A DNA stretch of 58,397 nt from Betaproteobacteria bacterium RIFCSPLOWO2_02_FULL_67_26 (lineage in GTDB: Bacteria; Pseudomonadota; Gammaproteobacteria; Burkholderiales; SG8-41), in NCBI GenBank assembly GCA_001771935.1, contig MERD01000040.1, forward strand, positions 48,058 to 106,454, read 5' to 3'. The notes below the pieces were generated by a model. It worked only from the letters and a program-made list of their open reading frames with translations, searched no databases and was not told where the DNA came from. Each line of letters opens with the position of its first letter. Position 1 is the first letter of the stretch. Position numbers and translations under genes: made by a program. Below, in pieces: positions 19,691 through 29,399 of this stretch.

Positions 19691-19948
19691 ATGAATACCC
19701 TGTTCGATAAGGAAACGCTCGAAGCACTCCGGCAGCTGTGCGACGAGACCGGGGAGGCCATGCAGCTCGCCCGGAAGAGCCCCGACCTGGACGATTTCTC
19801 GGCCTGCCTCGCGGTGGCCTTGCTCAAGATCGGGCTCGCCACCGGCTTCGTCGAGCAGCGCTATCCCGGCTTCGCCAAGGAGATCGAGGCCAAGCGCCAG
19901 CGCGTGATCACGGCGCTCACCGAGGAACAGAAGCAGCAGAAGCACTGA
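19691..19948 (+). CDS. Hypothetical helical protein
   Basis: Host-like codon usage; fills the gap between genes. Confidence 0.55.
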   Translation: MNTLFDKETLEALRQLCDETGEAMQLARKSPDLDDFSACLAVALLKIGLATGFVEQRYPGFAKEIEAKRQRVITALTEEQKQQKH

Positions 19949-20001
19949 AGCGTGACTCGCGGATCGCGGAAACCCACTCACGAGCCGCGAACCGCGAGTC
20001 A

Positions 20002-20532
20002 CTACTTACTGCTGGAGGCTTCCTGCACGTTGACGAAGCTGTGGTCGCAGAAGCCGGGATCCGAGCTGTCCTTCAGCGCTTCGTACACCGCATCCGGATC
20101 CGACAGCACGCGCGGATCGAAGTGGCGGGACTGGACGGCGCCGTAGGTCACGCAGGCGCCGCCGCGCGCGTCCCGGTCGAGACAGCCGTACACCGTGGTG
20201 AGGACGTACATCCCCGCCATGTGATCCACGAAGTGCAGGTACTTGCCGCCGTGCAGCACCCGCACGTTGCGCGCCCCCGCGACCCGCGTGGAGATCTGGC
20301 GCGCGCGCCCGTCGCGTATCGCCTGGAAGTGGGTCAACGACTGGGAACGGCCCTCGACCATGATCCGGTCGCCGGTCGCCGGGTCCACGTCGTACGACTT
20401 GTAGAACGCGCAGTGGACGTAGCGGGATTGCGCGAGGTTGTCGAACGGCGACGCGTCCGCCGCCAGTCCCGCGCCCGGGGCGAGCAGCGCGGCCAGGATC
20501 AGCCCGAACGAGCGAGGCGCGGACCGTATCAT
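20002..20532 (-). CDS. Secreted hypothetical protein
   Basis: Signal peptide, several Cys, host-like codon usage. Confidence 0.6.
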   Translation of the reverse strand: MIRSAPRSFGLILAALLAPGAGLAADASPFDNLAQSRYVHCAFYKSYDVDPATGDRIMVEGRSQSLTHFQAIRDGRARQISTRVAGARNVRVLHGGKYLHFVDHMAGMYVLTTVYGCLDRDARGGACVTYGAVQSRHFDPRVLSDPDAVYEALKDSSDPGFCDHSFVNVQEASSSK

Positions 20533-20638
20533 CGAATGCAGTTTGCCACCTTAGGCGGCGCGGTGTCCACCGCCTTGACGGGCGTTCGGCCTGCCGCTAC
20601 GCTCCCCGCCCTGATGCGTGACGAGTGACGGTTGACGA

Positions 20639-21592
20639 GTGATGAAGAGCGGGACGACAGGCACCATTGCGGCCGGGCTGGCGGCCGCGATTTTTCTGGG
20701 CGCGGCGGTCTCGCACGCGCAATCCACGCCCGACTCGGAGCGCTGCGTGTCCATCACCGGCAACCCGGACCTGGCGATCCACCATTGCACGCGGGCGATC
20801 GAGTCCGGGAAATTTTCCGGCGAGCCCCTCGCGCGGCTGTATTTCAATCGCGGCGTTGAATGGGCGGCCAAGGGCGATTTCGACCGCGCTATCGCCGACT
20901 ACGATGCCGCCATCAAGCTCCAGCCGCGTTCCGCCGACACGCACTTCAATCGCGCCACCGCATGGGCCAGCAAGGGCGATCCCGACCGCGCCATCGCCGA
21001 TTACGATGCCGCCATCAAGCTCGACCCGAAGGAGCCCGCTGCATACGGCGGCCGCGCGGTCGAGTGGGCGGTGAAGGGCGACTACGCGCGCGCGATCGCC
21101 GACTACGACGCCGCGATCAAGCTCGAACCGAAATCCTCCAGCGCGCTGCTCGGCCGCGGCCGGGCACGGCTCTACGGCGGCGACTTCCAGCGCGCGGTGC
21201 TCGACCTGGAGCAGGCGATGAAATCCGAGCCCAACGAGTACACCGCGCTGTGGCTCTACCTCGCGCGCAAGCGCGGCGGCGGCGCCGACGCGGAAGAAGC
21301 GCTCGATCGCGACACGCGCGCCACGCGGAGCGGCTGGCCCGGGCCGGTCATCGTGCTCTATCTCGGCCGCACCGACGCCGCTTCCGTCCTCGCGGCGTCC
21401 ACGGATCCCGATGCGAATCGGCAGCGCGAGCAGCGGTGCGAGGCGAACTTCTACCTCGCCCACTGGCACCTGCTGCGCAACGAGCGCGAACGCGCGCTGG
21501 CCCTGCTGAAGGAAGCGCAGGACGGCTGCCCGAAGGATTTCCTGGAATACGAGGGCACGCTGGCGGAGTTGCGCCGCCTCCAGAAACCGTGA
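20639..21592 (+). CDS. TPR protein (NlpI-like)
   Basis: Three near-identical KGD.DRAIADYDAAIKL.P repeats; C-terminal CEANFYL. Confidence 0.85.
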   Translation: MMKSGTTGTIAAGLAAAIFLGAAVSHAQSTPDSERCVSITGNPDLAIHHCTRAIESGKFSGEPLARLYFNRGVEWAAKGDFDRAIADYDAAIKLQPRSADTHFNRATAWASKGDPDRAIADYDAAIKLDPKEPAAYGGRAVEWAVKGDYARAIADYDAAIKLEPKSSSALLGRGRARLYGGDFQRAVLDLEQAMKSEPNEYTALWLYLARKRGGGADAEEALDRDTRATRSGWPGPVIVLYLGRTDAASVLAASTDPDANRQREQRCEANFYLAHWHLLRNERERALALLKEAQDGCPKDFLEYEGTLAELRRLQKP

Positions 21593-21689
21593 GAGCGTAA
21601 GATCGGGAGAGCGAAGTACCCCTCTCACGATCTCCCGATCTCCCGAACAATTCGATCCACGACCCACGAACCACGATCCACCCTGATAA

Positions 21690-22418
21690 GTGGCCTCCAC
21701 TTATTACAATGAGCTGGGGCAGCCGATCGGGGCGCCGCTACCGGGATGGAAGCCGGTCGCGCCCCCGCCGCGCACGGCGATGGCCGGCCATTTCTGCCGC
21801 GTCGAGCCGATCGACCCCGCGCGCCACGCCGAGGAACTCCATCGCGCCAACGCGATCGACCCCAGCAAGCGCAACTTCACCTATCTCTCGATCGGGCCGT
21901 TCGGCACCTTCGACGCTTACCGCGATTGGATGGCCTCGGCCCGCGCGAGTGACGACCCGCTGTTTCACGCCATCATCGACGCGACCACGGGCAAGGCGGG
22001 CGGCATCGCCAGCTTCATGCGCATCGACTGCGGGAACGGCGTCATGGAGGTGGGGCACCTCAACTACTCGCCGCTGCTCCAGCGCAAGCCCGCCGCGACC
22101 GAAGCGATGTACCTCATGATGAAGCGCGCCTTCGAGCTCGGCTACCGGCGCTACGAATGGAAGTGCGACTCGCTGAATGCCGCCTCCCGGGCCGCCGCCC
22201 GGCGATTGGGGTTCTCGTACGAGGGGGTGTTCCGCCAGGCCAGCCTCTACAAGGGCCGCAACCGCGACACGGCATGGTACGCGATGATCGACAGCGAGTG
22301 GCCGGAGCTCGATCGGGCGTTCCGGCGCTGGCTCGATCCGTCGAACTTCGACGCGCAGGGCAGCCAGCGCGAGCGCCTCTCCGACCTGACAGCCCCGATC
22401 CTCAAGCAGCGCGGCTAG
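21690..22418 (+). CDS. GNAT N-acetyltransferase (RimJ/RimL-like)
   Basis: GYRRYEWKCDSLN, GFSYEGVFRQ, KGRNRDTAW. Confidence 0.9.
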   Translation: MASTYYNELGQPIGAPLPGWKPVAPPPRTAMAGHFCRVEPIDPARHAEELHRANAIDPSKRNFTYLSIGPFGTFDAYRDWMASARASDDPLFHAIIDATTGKAGGIASFMRIDCGNGVMEVGHLNYSPLLQRKPAATEAMYLMMKRAFELGYRRYEWKCDSLNAASRAAARRLGFSYEGVFRQASLYKGRNRDTAWYAMIDSEWPELDRAFRRWLDPSNFDAQGSQRERLSDLTAPILKQRG

Positions 22419-22424
22419 ACGGGT

Positions 22425-22814
22425 TCAGTTGGGCGGGCCCGGCACCCCGGGCACGACCGCCAGCCAGCCCGCAGGACACTCTCTTACCTCGGGGTAGTAC
22501 CGCTTGCTGTCGGGACAGAAATACGCGTAGCCGGAAGCATCGATCGCGTAACCCGGACCTGACATCGGCGCCGGGACTGTAAAAAACGGCGAGTACCCGG
22601 AAAACCAGGAAGGCGGATAAGTGTAATACCGCGGCACCAGTGCGGGAACGACCACGATGCCGGTCGCGGGACGAATAACCTTCGGGTGGTGGTGGCGAGT
22701 CTGGGTCTGGCGATGCGGGCGGGAGGCTTCCGCACGCTCACGGCGCGCCTCGGCTTCCGGGGCCATACCGCCCAGCGCAGCGGTCATCATCGCCATCGTG
22801 GCCCAGCGTCTCAC
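22425..22814 (-). CDS. Proline-rich secreted hypothetical protein
   Basis: Signal-like start; C-terminal YFCPDS..YYP.V.ECPAGW motif. Confidence 0.6.
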   Translation of the reverse strand: MRRWATMAMMTAALGGMAPEAEARRERAEASRPHRQTQTRHHHPKVIRPATGIVVVPALVPRYYTYPPSWFSGYSPFFTVPAPMSGPGYAIDASGYAYFCPDSKRYYPEVRECPAGWLAVVPGVPGPPN

Positions 22815-22927
22815 GGCGCACCCTCCTCGATGTGCCTGCCGGGCTATCCTAGCGCCGCATCCTGGGATTGATAGCTACGTTACAAATCGTTACTTGGAGC
22901 CCGATATCCGCGCCCTTCATCCCTGCG

Positions 22928-24169
22928 TCAGCCCACCCGGAAAAGCCCCCGCTTCGCGCGGTGCAGCCGCTCCCAACCGGTTCGAGTAATGCGGATCAGC
23001 TCGCCGACCTGCACTCCCGCCTTGTGGTCCCGGGTGATCACATTCGGCTGCACCACCACCGTCATGTTCTCTTCCAGCGTCATGTCGGGCAGCGGCCCGG
23101 CCATGCGGCTCCTGGAGCCGAGGATGGGCTGGAAGTAGCCGCCGCCAAAGCCGTGCATGAGGTCGTCGCAGATCGTGAAGCCGTTGTTCTCGATCACGCC
23201 GGTGGCGTCGAGAATCTCCTGCATCGTCGCGCCGTGCCGCGCGACCCCGGTGACGGCGTCGAAGGCGGCCTCGGCCGTCTCGTACAAGTCGCGGTACAGC
23301 GGCGTCGCGTCGGCACCCACCGTGAAGGTGCGCAACACCTGGCCGGCGTAGTCCCACCAGTAGACCGACAACTCGCAGAACACCACATCGCCCTTCTTCA
23401 CTTTCCGGGGCGAATGGTGCTGCGGCGGCACGTAGAGGTGCGGCTTCGCCATCGAGGTCACGCCCATGTAGTGAATCATGGTCGTGCCGCCGTGCCTGAT
23501 GTAGGCGCTCTCGCAGATCGCGCCCAGCTCGCGCTCGGTAAGACCGGGCTTCGTGCCAGCCAGCAGCGCGGCAAGCCCCGCGTCGGACAGCGCCGCGCCG
23601 ATGCGCAGCCAGTCGAGCTCCTCCTCCGACTTGATCGTGCGCAGCCGGATGTATTCGGCGTCGAGCCCGACCACCTGGAAGTGCTGCTCCAGTTGCCGGT
23701 ACTTGGCGACCACCAGCGGCCCGATGATTCCGACGCGCTTCGCGCCGCGGCGCTGCAGCTCGTGGATCATCTGCTGCAGGCCGTGGTGCGCGCCCCAGTG
23801 CACCTCCATGCGCGGGCACATCTTCCTCGCCAGCGGAAAGTGGTTGACCCACTCCACCGACATCCACATCTTGTCGCCCGGCTTGAAGATGACGTAGGCC
23901 TCGACCGTCCCCGGCCAGCCGGTCACCCACTGCGGCGCATTGCCGGCGCGGTGGTCGGTGATGACAAGCAGGTGGTCGAGCCCATGCTTCTCCATCAACG
24001 CCGCGAGCGCCTTGTGCCGGCGTGCGTACTCCGCGTCCGAGAAACGGGGGTACTCCTGCGCCATGATCGACTTCAGGCGCGGCGCGAGCTTGAGAGGCGC
24101 AAACGGTGAACGGTGAACGGTGAACGGTTTCCGCTCATGCGTTTTCGATCGGCGTTTAGCGGCGTTCAT
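22928..24169 (-). CDS. M24 (Xaa-Pro peptidase/creatinase-like) family protein
   Basis: YPRFSDAEYARR, IKSEEE, HGFGGG, VVQPNVIT; start reassigned (ATGA overlap with upstream stop). Confidence 0.8.
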   Translation of the reverse strand: MNAAKRRSKTHERKPFTVHRSPFAPLKLAPRLKSIMAQEYPRFSDAEYARRHKALAALMEKHGLDHLLVITDHRAGNAPQWVTGWPGTVEAYVIFKPGDKMWMSVEWVNHFPLARKMCPRMEVHWGAHHGLQQMIHELQRRGAKRVGIIGPLVVAKYRQLEQHFQVVGLDAEYIRLRTIKSEEELDWLRIGAALSDAGLAALLAGTKPGLTERELGAICESAYIRHGGTTMIHYMGVTSMAKPHLYVPPQHHSPRKVKKGDVVFCELSVYWWDYAGQVLRTFTVGADATPLYRDLYETAEAAFDAVTGVARHGATMQEILDATGVIENNGFTICDDLMHGFGGGYFQPILGSRSRMAGPLPDMTLEENMTVVVQPNVITRDHKAGVQVGELIRITRTGWERLHRAKRGLFRVG

Positions 24170-25332
24170 CGGCGGTTCCCCTTCTTGTTCTGCTCCTCGA
24201 ACCAGGGGTAGGCATTCGTCTGCGTCGCCGGGCGCACCGGAGCGGCCGGGCGGACCCAGGAGGGATTGAGCTGGGAGAGCGAGGTGACACCCATCAATCC
24301 CATCGCGGTGCGAATCTCGACGTCCATCAATTCGAGCATGCGCTTGAGGCCCGCCTCGCCCGCCGCGGCGAGCGCCCAGCCGAGCAGCTTGCCGACCCCC
24401 ACCGCCCGCGCGCCGAGGCAGAGCGCCTTCACGACGTCGGTGCCGCGCAGCACGCCGCCGTCCCACAGGATCTCGGCGCGGCCGTCCACCGCCGCCACCA
24501 CTTCCGGCAGCACCTCGATGGTGCCCTGCGCGTGGTCGAGCTGGCGCCCGCCGTGGTTGGAGACGTAGACCACGTCGGCGCCGTGCTCGACCGAGAGCCG
24601 CGCATCCTCGGCGGTGGCGACGCCCTTCACGATCAGCGGAACCTTCCAGTGCTGCTTCATCCAGACGAGATCCTTCCACTGCAACCCCATCTGGAATGAT
24701 GGATCGCCGAAGCCCTCGCGCACGTTGGCGCGGGAAATGATGTCGCGCTCGCGCCGCCCGTAGTAGTTGCGGTCCACGCACACGCAGAGCGCCCGGTAAC
24801 CGGCCGCCTTCGCGCGGTCGAGGATGTCCTCCACCCACTTGCGGTCGGCCCTCACGTAGAGCTGGAAAATCAACGGCTCCTTCACCGCCGCCGCAGCTTC
24901 CTCCAGTCCCGGCTTGGCCGCGGTGCTAACGAAAGCGGTGGTGCCGTGCGCGACGGCCGCGCGGGTGACATTACAGACACCCTGGGGGTGCGCAAAGCCG
25001 ACGAAACCGCCCACAGGCGCGAGGAAAACCGGGCTGGAAAGCTTCTGCCCGAGCAGCGTCGTGGAGATGTCGATCTTGCGCACGTCCACCAGCACGCGCT
25101 GGCGCAGAGCGAGGCTGTCGAGCGCCTGCCGGTTGCGCAGCAGCGTGGTCTCCGAATCGGAGCCGCCCGACAAGTGGTCCCACAGATCCCGCGGCAGGTT
25201 CTTGCGCGCGGTCGCGACGACCTCCTGCAGCGAGACGAAACCCGCAGCCGCGCGCTCGTCGATGCGCGGGTACTTCCGCTGCACTTCGGCCTTCTGCCGT
25301 CTGCCTTCTGCCTTGGGTTTCCTCGCCCTCAT
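24166..25332 (-). CDS. FMN-dependent alpha-hydroxy-acid oxidase
   Basis: VSNHGGRQLD, DGGVLRGTDVVKAL. Confidence 0.92.
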   Translation of the reverse strand: MRARKPKAEGRRQKAEVQRKYPRIDERAAAGFVSLQEVVATARKNLPRDLWDHLSGGSDSETTLLRNRQALDSLALRQRVLVDVRKIDISTTLLGQKLSSPVFLAPVGGFVGFAHPQGVCNVTRAAVAHGTTAFVSTAAKPGLEEAAAAVKEPLIFQLYVRADRKWVEDILDRAKAAGYRALCVCVDRNYYGRRERDIISRANVREGFGDPSFQMGLQWKDLVWMKQHWKVPLIVKGVATAEDARLSVEHGADVVYVSNHGGRQLDHAQGTIEVLPEVVAAVDGRAEILWDGGVLRGTDVVKALCLGARAVGVGKLLGWALAAAGEAGLKRMLELMDVEIRTAMGLMGVTSLSQLNPSWVRPAAPVRPATQTNAYPWFEEQNKKGNRR

Positions 25333-25347
25333 CCCTCATCCCTGCAG

Positions 25348-26334
25348 TTAGATGCCGACGCCCTTCAATACCCTGTCGTGATAGCGTTTGCCGGCGCCGG
25401 CGCCGATCGCGAAGATCTCGTTCAACCGCGCGAGCTTCTCCGCCGACAGGCGGATGTCCGCCGCCGCGGCGTTCAGCTCCAGGTTCTTGACGTGGTTGGT
25501 GCCCGGGATCGGCACGATATCGTCGCCCTGCGCGAGGATCCACGCCAGCGCAAGCTGAGCGGCCGTCGCGCCCTGGCCCTGCGCCATTCGCTCCAGTTCC
25601 TCGACCAGCTTGACGTTGCGCGCGAGGTTTTCCGGGGCAAAGCGCGGGTGGACGCGCCTGCGGTCGTTCGGCGCCAGGTCGTCCACCGTCCTGATGCGGC
25701 CGGTGAGCAGCCCCCGCCCGAGCGGCGCGTAGGCGACGTAGCCGATGCCCAGCTCGCGGCACGTGGGGATCACGTCACGCTCGACCTCGCGGAACCACAG
25801 CGAGTACTCGGTCTGGAGCGCGGCGATCGGGTGCGCCGCCTGCGCGCGCCGGAGCGTCGCGGGCCCCGCCTCGCACAGCCCGATGTAGCGGACCTTGCCC
25901 TGCTCGATCAGCCCGGCCATCGCGCCAACCGTCTCCTCGATCGGCACGTTCGGATCCACGCGGTGCAGGTAGTAGACGTCGATCACGTCCACGTCCATGC
26001 GCTTCAGGCTCGCGATGCAGCACTGGTGGACGTACTCGGGCCGGCCGTTGGTCCCCTTCCTGCCGTCGGGCAGGTCGATGTTGCCGAACTTGCTCGAGAT
26101 CAGGACCTGGTCGCGAAAACCCTTGATCGCGCGCCCCAGCAGCACCTCGTGGCGCGTGCCCCAGTAGGCGTCGGACGAGTCGAAGAAGTTGATGCCGAGC
26201 TCGATGGCGCGGCGGATGGTCGCGTTGAACGCCTCCACCCCGGGCGCGTCGTCGAGCTTGATCCCCTGGCTGCCGCGGCCCATGCTGATCGCGGAGACCG
26301 TCGGGCCGTTGCGCCCGAGCTTGCGGTATCTCAC
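25348..26334 (-). CDS. Aldo/keto reductase
   Basis: YYLHRVDPNVPIEETVGAM, QTEYSLW, PIPGT. Confidence 0.92.
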   Translation of the reverse strand: MRYRKLGRNGPTVSAISMGRGSQGIKLDDAPGVEAFNATIRRAIELGINFFDSSDAYWGTRHEVLLGRAIKGFRDQVLISSKFGNIDLPDGRKGTNGRPEYVHQCCIASLKRMDVDVIDVYYLHRVDPNVPIEETVGAMAGLIEQGKVRYIGLCEAGPATLRRAQAAHPIAALQTEYSLWFREVERDVIPTCRELGIGYVAYAPLGRGLLTGRIRTVDDLAPNDRRRVHPRFAPENLARNVKLVEELERMAQGQGATAAQLALAWILAQGDDIVPIPGTNHVKNLELNAAAADIRLSAEKLARLNEIFAIGAGAGKRYHDRVLKGVGI

Positions 26335-27248
26335 AACCCGTCGCCGACTTCCACGTGCTCGGGCTTCAGCTCGATGCCGCAGGCCTTTGCCTGCAACAGC
26401 AGCAGCGCGGAAAAGTCCTGGTCAGTATAGCCGTTGCCGATCAAGGTTTGCACCAGGTCGCGGGCGATGGAGGTGACCGGCATCGGCACCCCGAACTGGC
26501 GCCCCGCGGCGAGGCCGAGGTCGATGTCCTTGCGCAGCAGCTCGGGCGTGAACGTGACGTGGAAGTCGAGGTTGACCAGGGCCGGGGTCTTGTAGCGCGT
26601 GAACATCGAGCCCATCACGCTCTTGTTGAGGAAGTCGAGGAAGGCGTGGCGCTTCATGCCGGCGCGCTCGGCCAGCACCGTGATCTCGCACAGGTTCTGG
26701 ATCACCACGCCGAGCATCACGTTGTGGCAGATCTTGGCGATGCGCGAGAGCTCGCCGTCGCCGACGTAGGACACGCCCTGCCCGATCGCCTGCAGGTACG
26801 GCGCCACGGCGTCGAACGCGTCCCGCGGGCCGGAGGCGACGACGGTGAGCTTGCCGGCCTTGATCACCTTGGCATTGCCGGACACCGGTGCGGCGAGGAG
26901 CTTCACGCCGAGCCTGGCGAGCTTCTCCCGGATTTCCGCCGACTCCTCGAGCGAGATCGACGTGCTGTCCACGACGATCTTTGGCGCCTTGCCTTTCGCG
27001 GTCACGCCGTTCGGGCCGAACAGCACTTCCTTCACGTCCTTGCCGGCCGAGACCATCGTGAACACGATATCGCACGCGGCGAGGTCGGCCAGGTTATCCA
27101 CCACTTTCGCGCCGGATTTCGCGAGCGGCTCGGCCTTGGCGCGGGTGCGGTTCCACACCGAGATGTCGCAGCCCGCCTTCGCCAGCCGCTCCGCCATCGC
27201 GTAGCCCATGCGGCCGATGCCGATCCAGCCCAAGCGGTGCGCTTTCAT
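26331..27248 (-). CDS. NAD(P)-dependent oxidoreductase (3-hydroxyisobutyrate dehydrogenase family)
   Basis: GWIGIGRMG, APVSG, AKICHN; start uncertain (27248-27299). Confidence 0.88.
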   Translation of the reverse strand: MKAHRLGWIGIGRMGYAMAERLAKAGCDISVWNRTRAKAEPLAKSGAKVVDNLADLAACDIVFTMVSAGKDVKEVLFGPNGVTAKGKAPKIVVDSTSISLEESAEIREKLARLGVKLLAAPVSGNAKVIKAGKLTVVASGPRDAFDAVAPYLQAIGQGVSYVGDGELSRIAKICHNVMLGVVIQNLCEITVLAERAGMKRHAFLDFLNKSVMGSMFTRYKTPALVNLDFHVTFTPELLRKDIDLGLAAGRQFGVPMPVTSIARDLVQTLIGNGYTDQDFSALLLLQAKACGIELKPEHVEVGDGL

Positions 27249-27302
27249 GTTTGCAATTGCCATTCGCAGATTCTCCGCAATCAATTCATCCAATGTCATC
27301 CC

Positions 27303-28139
27303 TCAACGTTCCACCGGAACGTTGACGAGGTTGCCCCACTCCGTCCACGAGCCGTCGTAGATCTTCACCTTCTTGTAGCCCAGAAGCTCCGTCAACGCGA
27401 AATACAGCACCGTGGCGCGGTGGCTCATGCGGCAGTAGGCGATGATGTCCCGCTCCGGGTTCGTGCCGCGCGCCCCGACGAGCTGCTGCAGCTCGGCCGC
27501 CGGCCTGAAAGCCTGGTTGCCGTCGAGCAAGTCTTCGAAGTAGAGATGTTTTGCGCCCGGTATCCGGCCATAACGCAGCGCGCCCACGTCCGGGCCTTCG
27601 GGGCCACCGACGCGCTGGCCGCTGTATTCCTCGGGGGAGCGCGCGTCCAGAAGCAGCGCGCTGTTCCGCTCCAGCGCGGCCAGCACCCTGTCGCGGTGTA
27701 TCCGCATCCTTTCGACGCGCTTGCCGGGGGTGTAGCTCACCCGGGGCGCCGGAGGAGGCTCCTCCGTGACCAGCGGCCGGCCTTCGGCCGCCCAGCGGTA
27801 GCGCGCTCCGTCCAGCATCTTGACCCGCTTGTGGCCGCAATACCGGAACGTCCACCACGCGTAGAAACCGAACTGCACGCCCTCGCCATAGAACACGACC
27901 GTGGTGTCGTTGCCGATGCCGGCCTCTCCGCAGCGGCGCGCGAATTCTTCCGGGGACGGAAAATCGCGCCGCTGCGAGTCCCACAGCGTGTCCTTCCACT
28001 TCCAGCACACCGCGCCCGGCACGTGTCCCGCGCGATAGGCCTGCAGGTCGTCCTGGGTCGTGCCCGCGATCTCGATCAACCGGACCTTGGGATCGTTTCG
28101 CCGCCGGTGGACCCACGCCGGATCTACCAAGGCGCTCAT
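27303..28139 (-). CDS. Tandem-domain rhodanese/sulfurtransferase
   Basis: GHVPGA, LDARSPEEY, YCRMSHRA, YDGSWTEW. Confidence 0.92.
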   Translation of the reverse strand: MSALVDPAWVHRRRNDPKVRLIEIAGTTQDDLQAYRAGHVPGAVCWKWKDTLWDSQRRDFPSPEEFARRCGEAGIGNDTTVVFYGEGVQFGFYAWWTFRYCGHKRVKMLDGARYRWAAEGRPLVTEEPPPAPRVSYTPGKRVERMRIHRDRVLAALERNSALLLDARSPEEYSGQRVGGPEGPDVGALRYGRIPGAKHLYFEDLLDGNQAFRPAAELQQLVGARGTNPERDIIAYCRMSHRATVLYFALTELLGYKKVKIYDGSWTEWGNLVNVPVER

Positions 28140-28163
28140 TCCTTGCCTCTCATCCCTTGGCCC

Positions 28164-29399
28164 TCATCCCTGCAGCTCCTGCGCCCAGTCGCGCGTCTCG
28201 ATGGCCGTTTTCACCTCGTTCAGGAAAGCCGCGGCATAGGCGCCGTCCACCGCGCGGTGGTCGAACGCCTGCGCCAGCATCCCCACCGGCCGCACCGCGA
28301 CGGTATCGCCCTGGGCGGATTCCACCACTACCGCGCGCTTGCGCACGGCGTCGGTGGACAGGATCGCGACCTGCGGCGGGCTGATGACGGGCGCGGTGAT
28401 GAGCGTGCCGTAGGCCCCGTTGTTGGTGATGGTGTAGGTGCATTCCGTCACGTCGTCGGGCTTCAGCCGGTTGCCCCGCGCGCGGACCGCCAGGTCGTTG
28501 ATGGCGCGCGCGAGGTCGGACAGCGACTTCGCCGCCGCGTCCTTCACCACGGGCACCAGCAGCCCCTCGAAATTGAGATCCACCGCGATGCCGAGATGGA
28601 CGCGCCGGTGCAGTGCAAGCGAGTCGCCGCTGAAACTTGCGTTGAGCCGCGGGTACTTGGCGAGCCCGCGCGTCACGGCCCACGCGACGAACGGGAGGTA
28701 GGTGAGCGAAAAGCCTTCACGCGACTTCCACTGCGCGGCGGCGGCGCGACGCGCCCGGTCCACGCCGGAAAAATCGGCCTCCACCACCTGCAGCACGTGC
28801 GGCACCGTGGTCCACGACTTCGCCATGTGTTCCGCGGTGCGCTTGCGGATCGTGTTGAGCGGAATCGCTTCCGTGCCGGCGGCCGCATACGGTGCGCGCT
28901 CCTCCGTCCTGGCCACCTGCGGGGCGCCGCGCCCGGCAACGTGCGCCAGCACATCCTCGCGCGTGATGCGCCCGTCGCGGCCCGTGCCCGCGATCTTCCT
29001 CGCGTCGAGGCCGTGCTCGGCGATGAGACGGCTGACCACCGGCGACAATCGCCCCGCGGCCCCGCCGGCGCCGGTTCCCCCCGCCGGCGCTGCTGCAGCC
29101 GCCCGGGCCGGTGCCGCGGATGCGGCCGGTCGCGCCGGTGCCGCCGCCTGCCCGCCGCTCTCGCCGCTTTTTTCATGAATGACCGCCAGCCGCGTCCCAA
29201 CCTTCGCCGTGACGCCCTCCGCGACCAGGATCTCTGCAAGCACTCCGCTTGCCGGCGCGGGAATCTCGGTGCTGACCTTGTCGGTCTCGACGTCGAACAG
29301 CGCCTCATCGGCCTTGACCGCGTCGCCGGCCTTCTTGTGCCACTTGGTGACCGTGCCCTCGGCGACCGTCTCGCCGAGCTGCGGCATGATGACGTCCAT
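28164..29399 (-). CDS. 2-oxo acid dehydrogenase E2 (dihydrolipoamide acyltransferase)
   Basis: MPQLGETVAEG, lipoyl ETDKVS, GTGRDGRIT, catalytic DHRAVDG; start reassigned to MDVIMPQ. Confidence 0.92.
   Translation of the reverse strand: MDVIMPQLGETVAEGTVTKWHKKAGDAVKADEALFDVETDKVSTEIPAPASGVLAEILVAEGVTAKVGTRLAVIHEKSGESGGQAAAPARPAASAAPARAAAAAPAGGTGAGGAAGRLSPVVSRLIAEHGLDARKIAGTGRDGRITREDVLAHVAGRGAPQVARTEERAPYAAAGTEAIPLNTIRKRTAEHMAKSWTTVPHVLQVVEADFSGVDRARRAAAAQWKSREGFSLTYLPFVAWAVTRGLAKYPRLNASFSGDSLALHRRVHLGIAVDLNFEGLLVPVVKDAAAKSLSDLARAINDLAVRARGNRLKPDDVTECTYTITNNGAYGTLITAPVISPPQVAILSTDAVRKRAVVVESAQGDTVAVRPVGMLAQAFDHRAVDGAYAAAFLNEVKTAIETRDWAQELQG

Noticed and set aside
20860-21130. 102-bp DNA repeats as a mobile or regulatory repeat
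   Set aside because: They encode ordinary 34-aa TPR units
22928-24838. 636-aa ORF as a fusion protein
   Set aside because: The N-terminal 223 codons overlap the hydroxy-acid oxidase in another frame; the real gene starts near 24169
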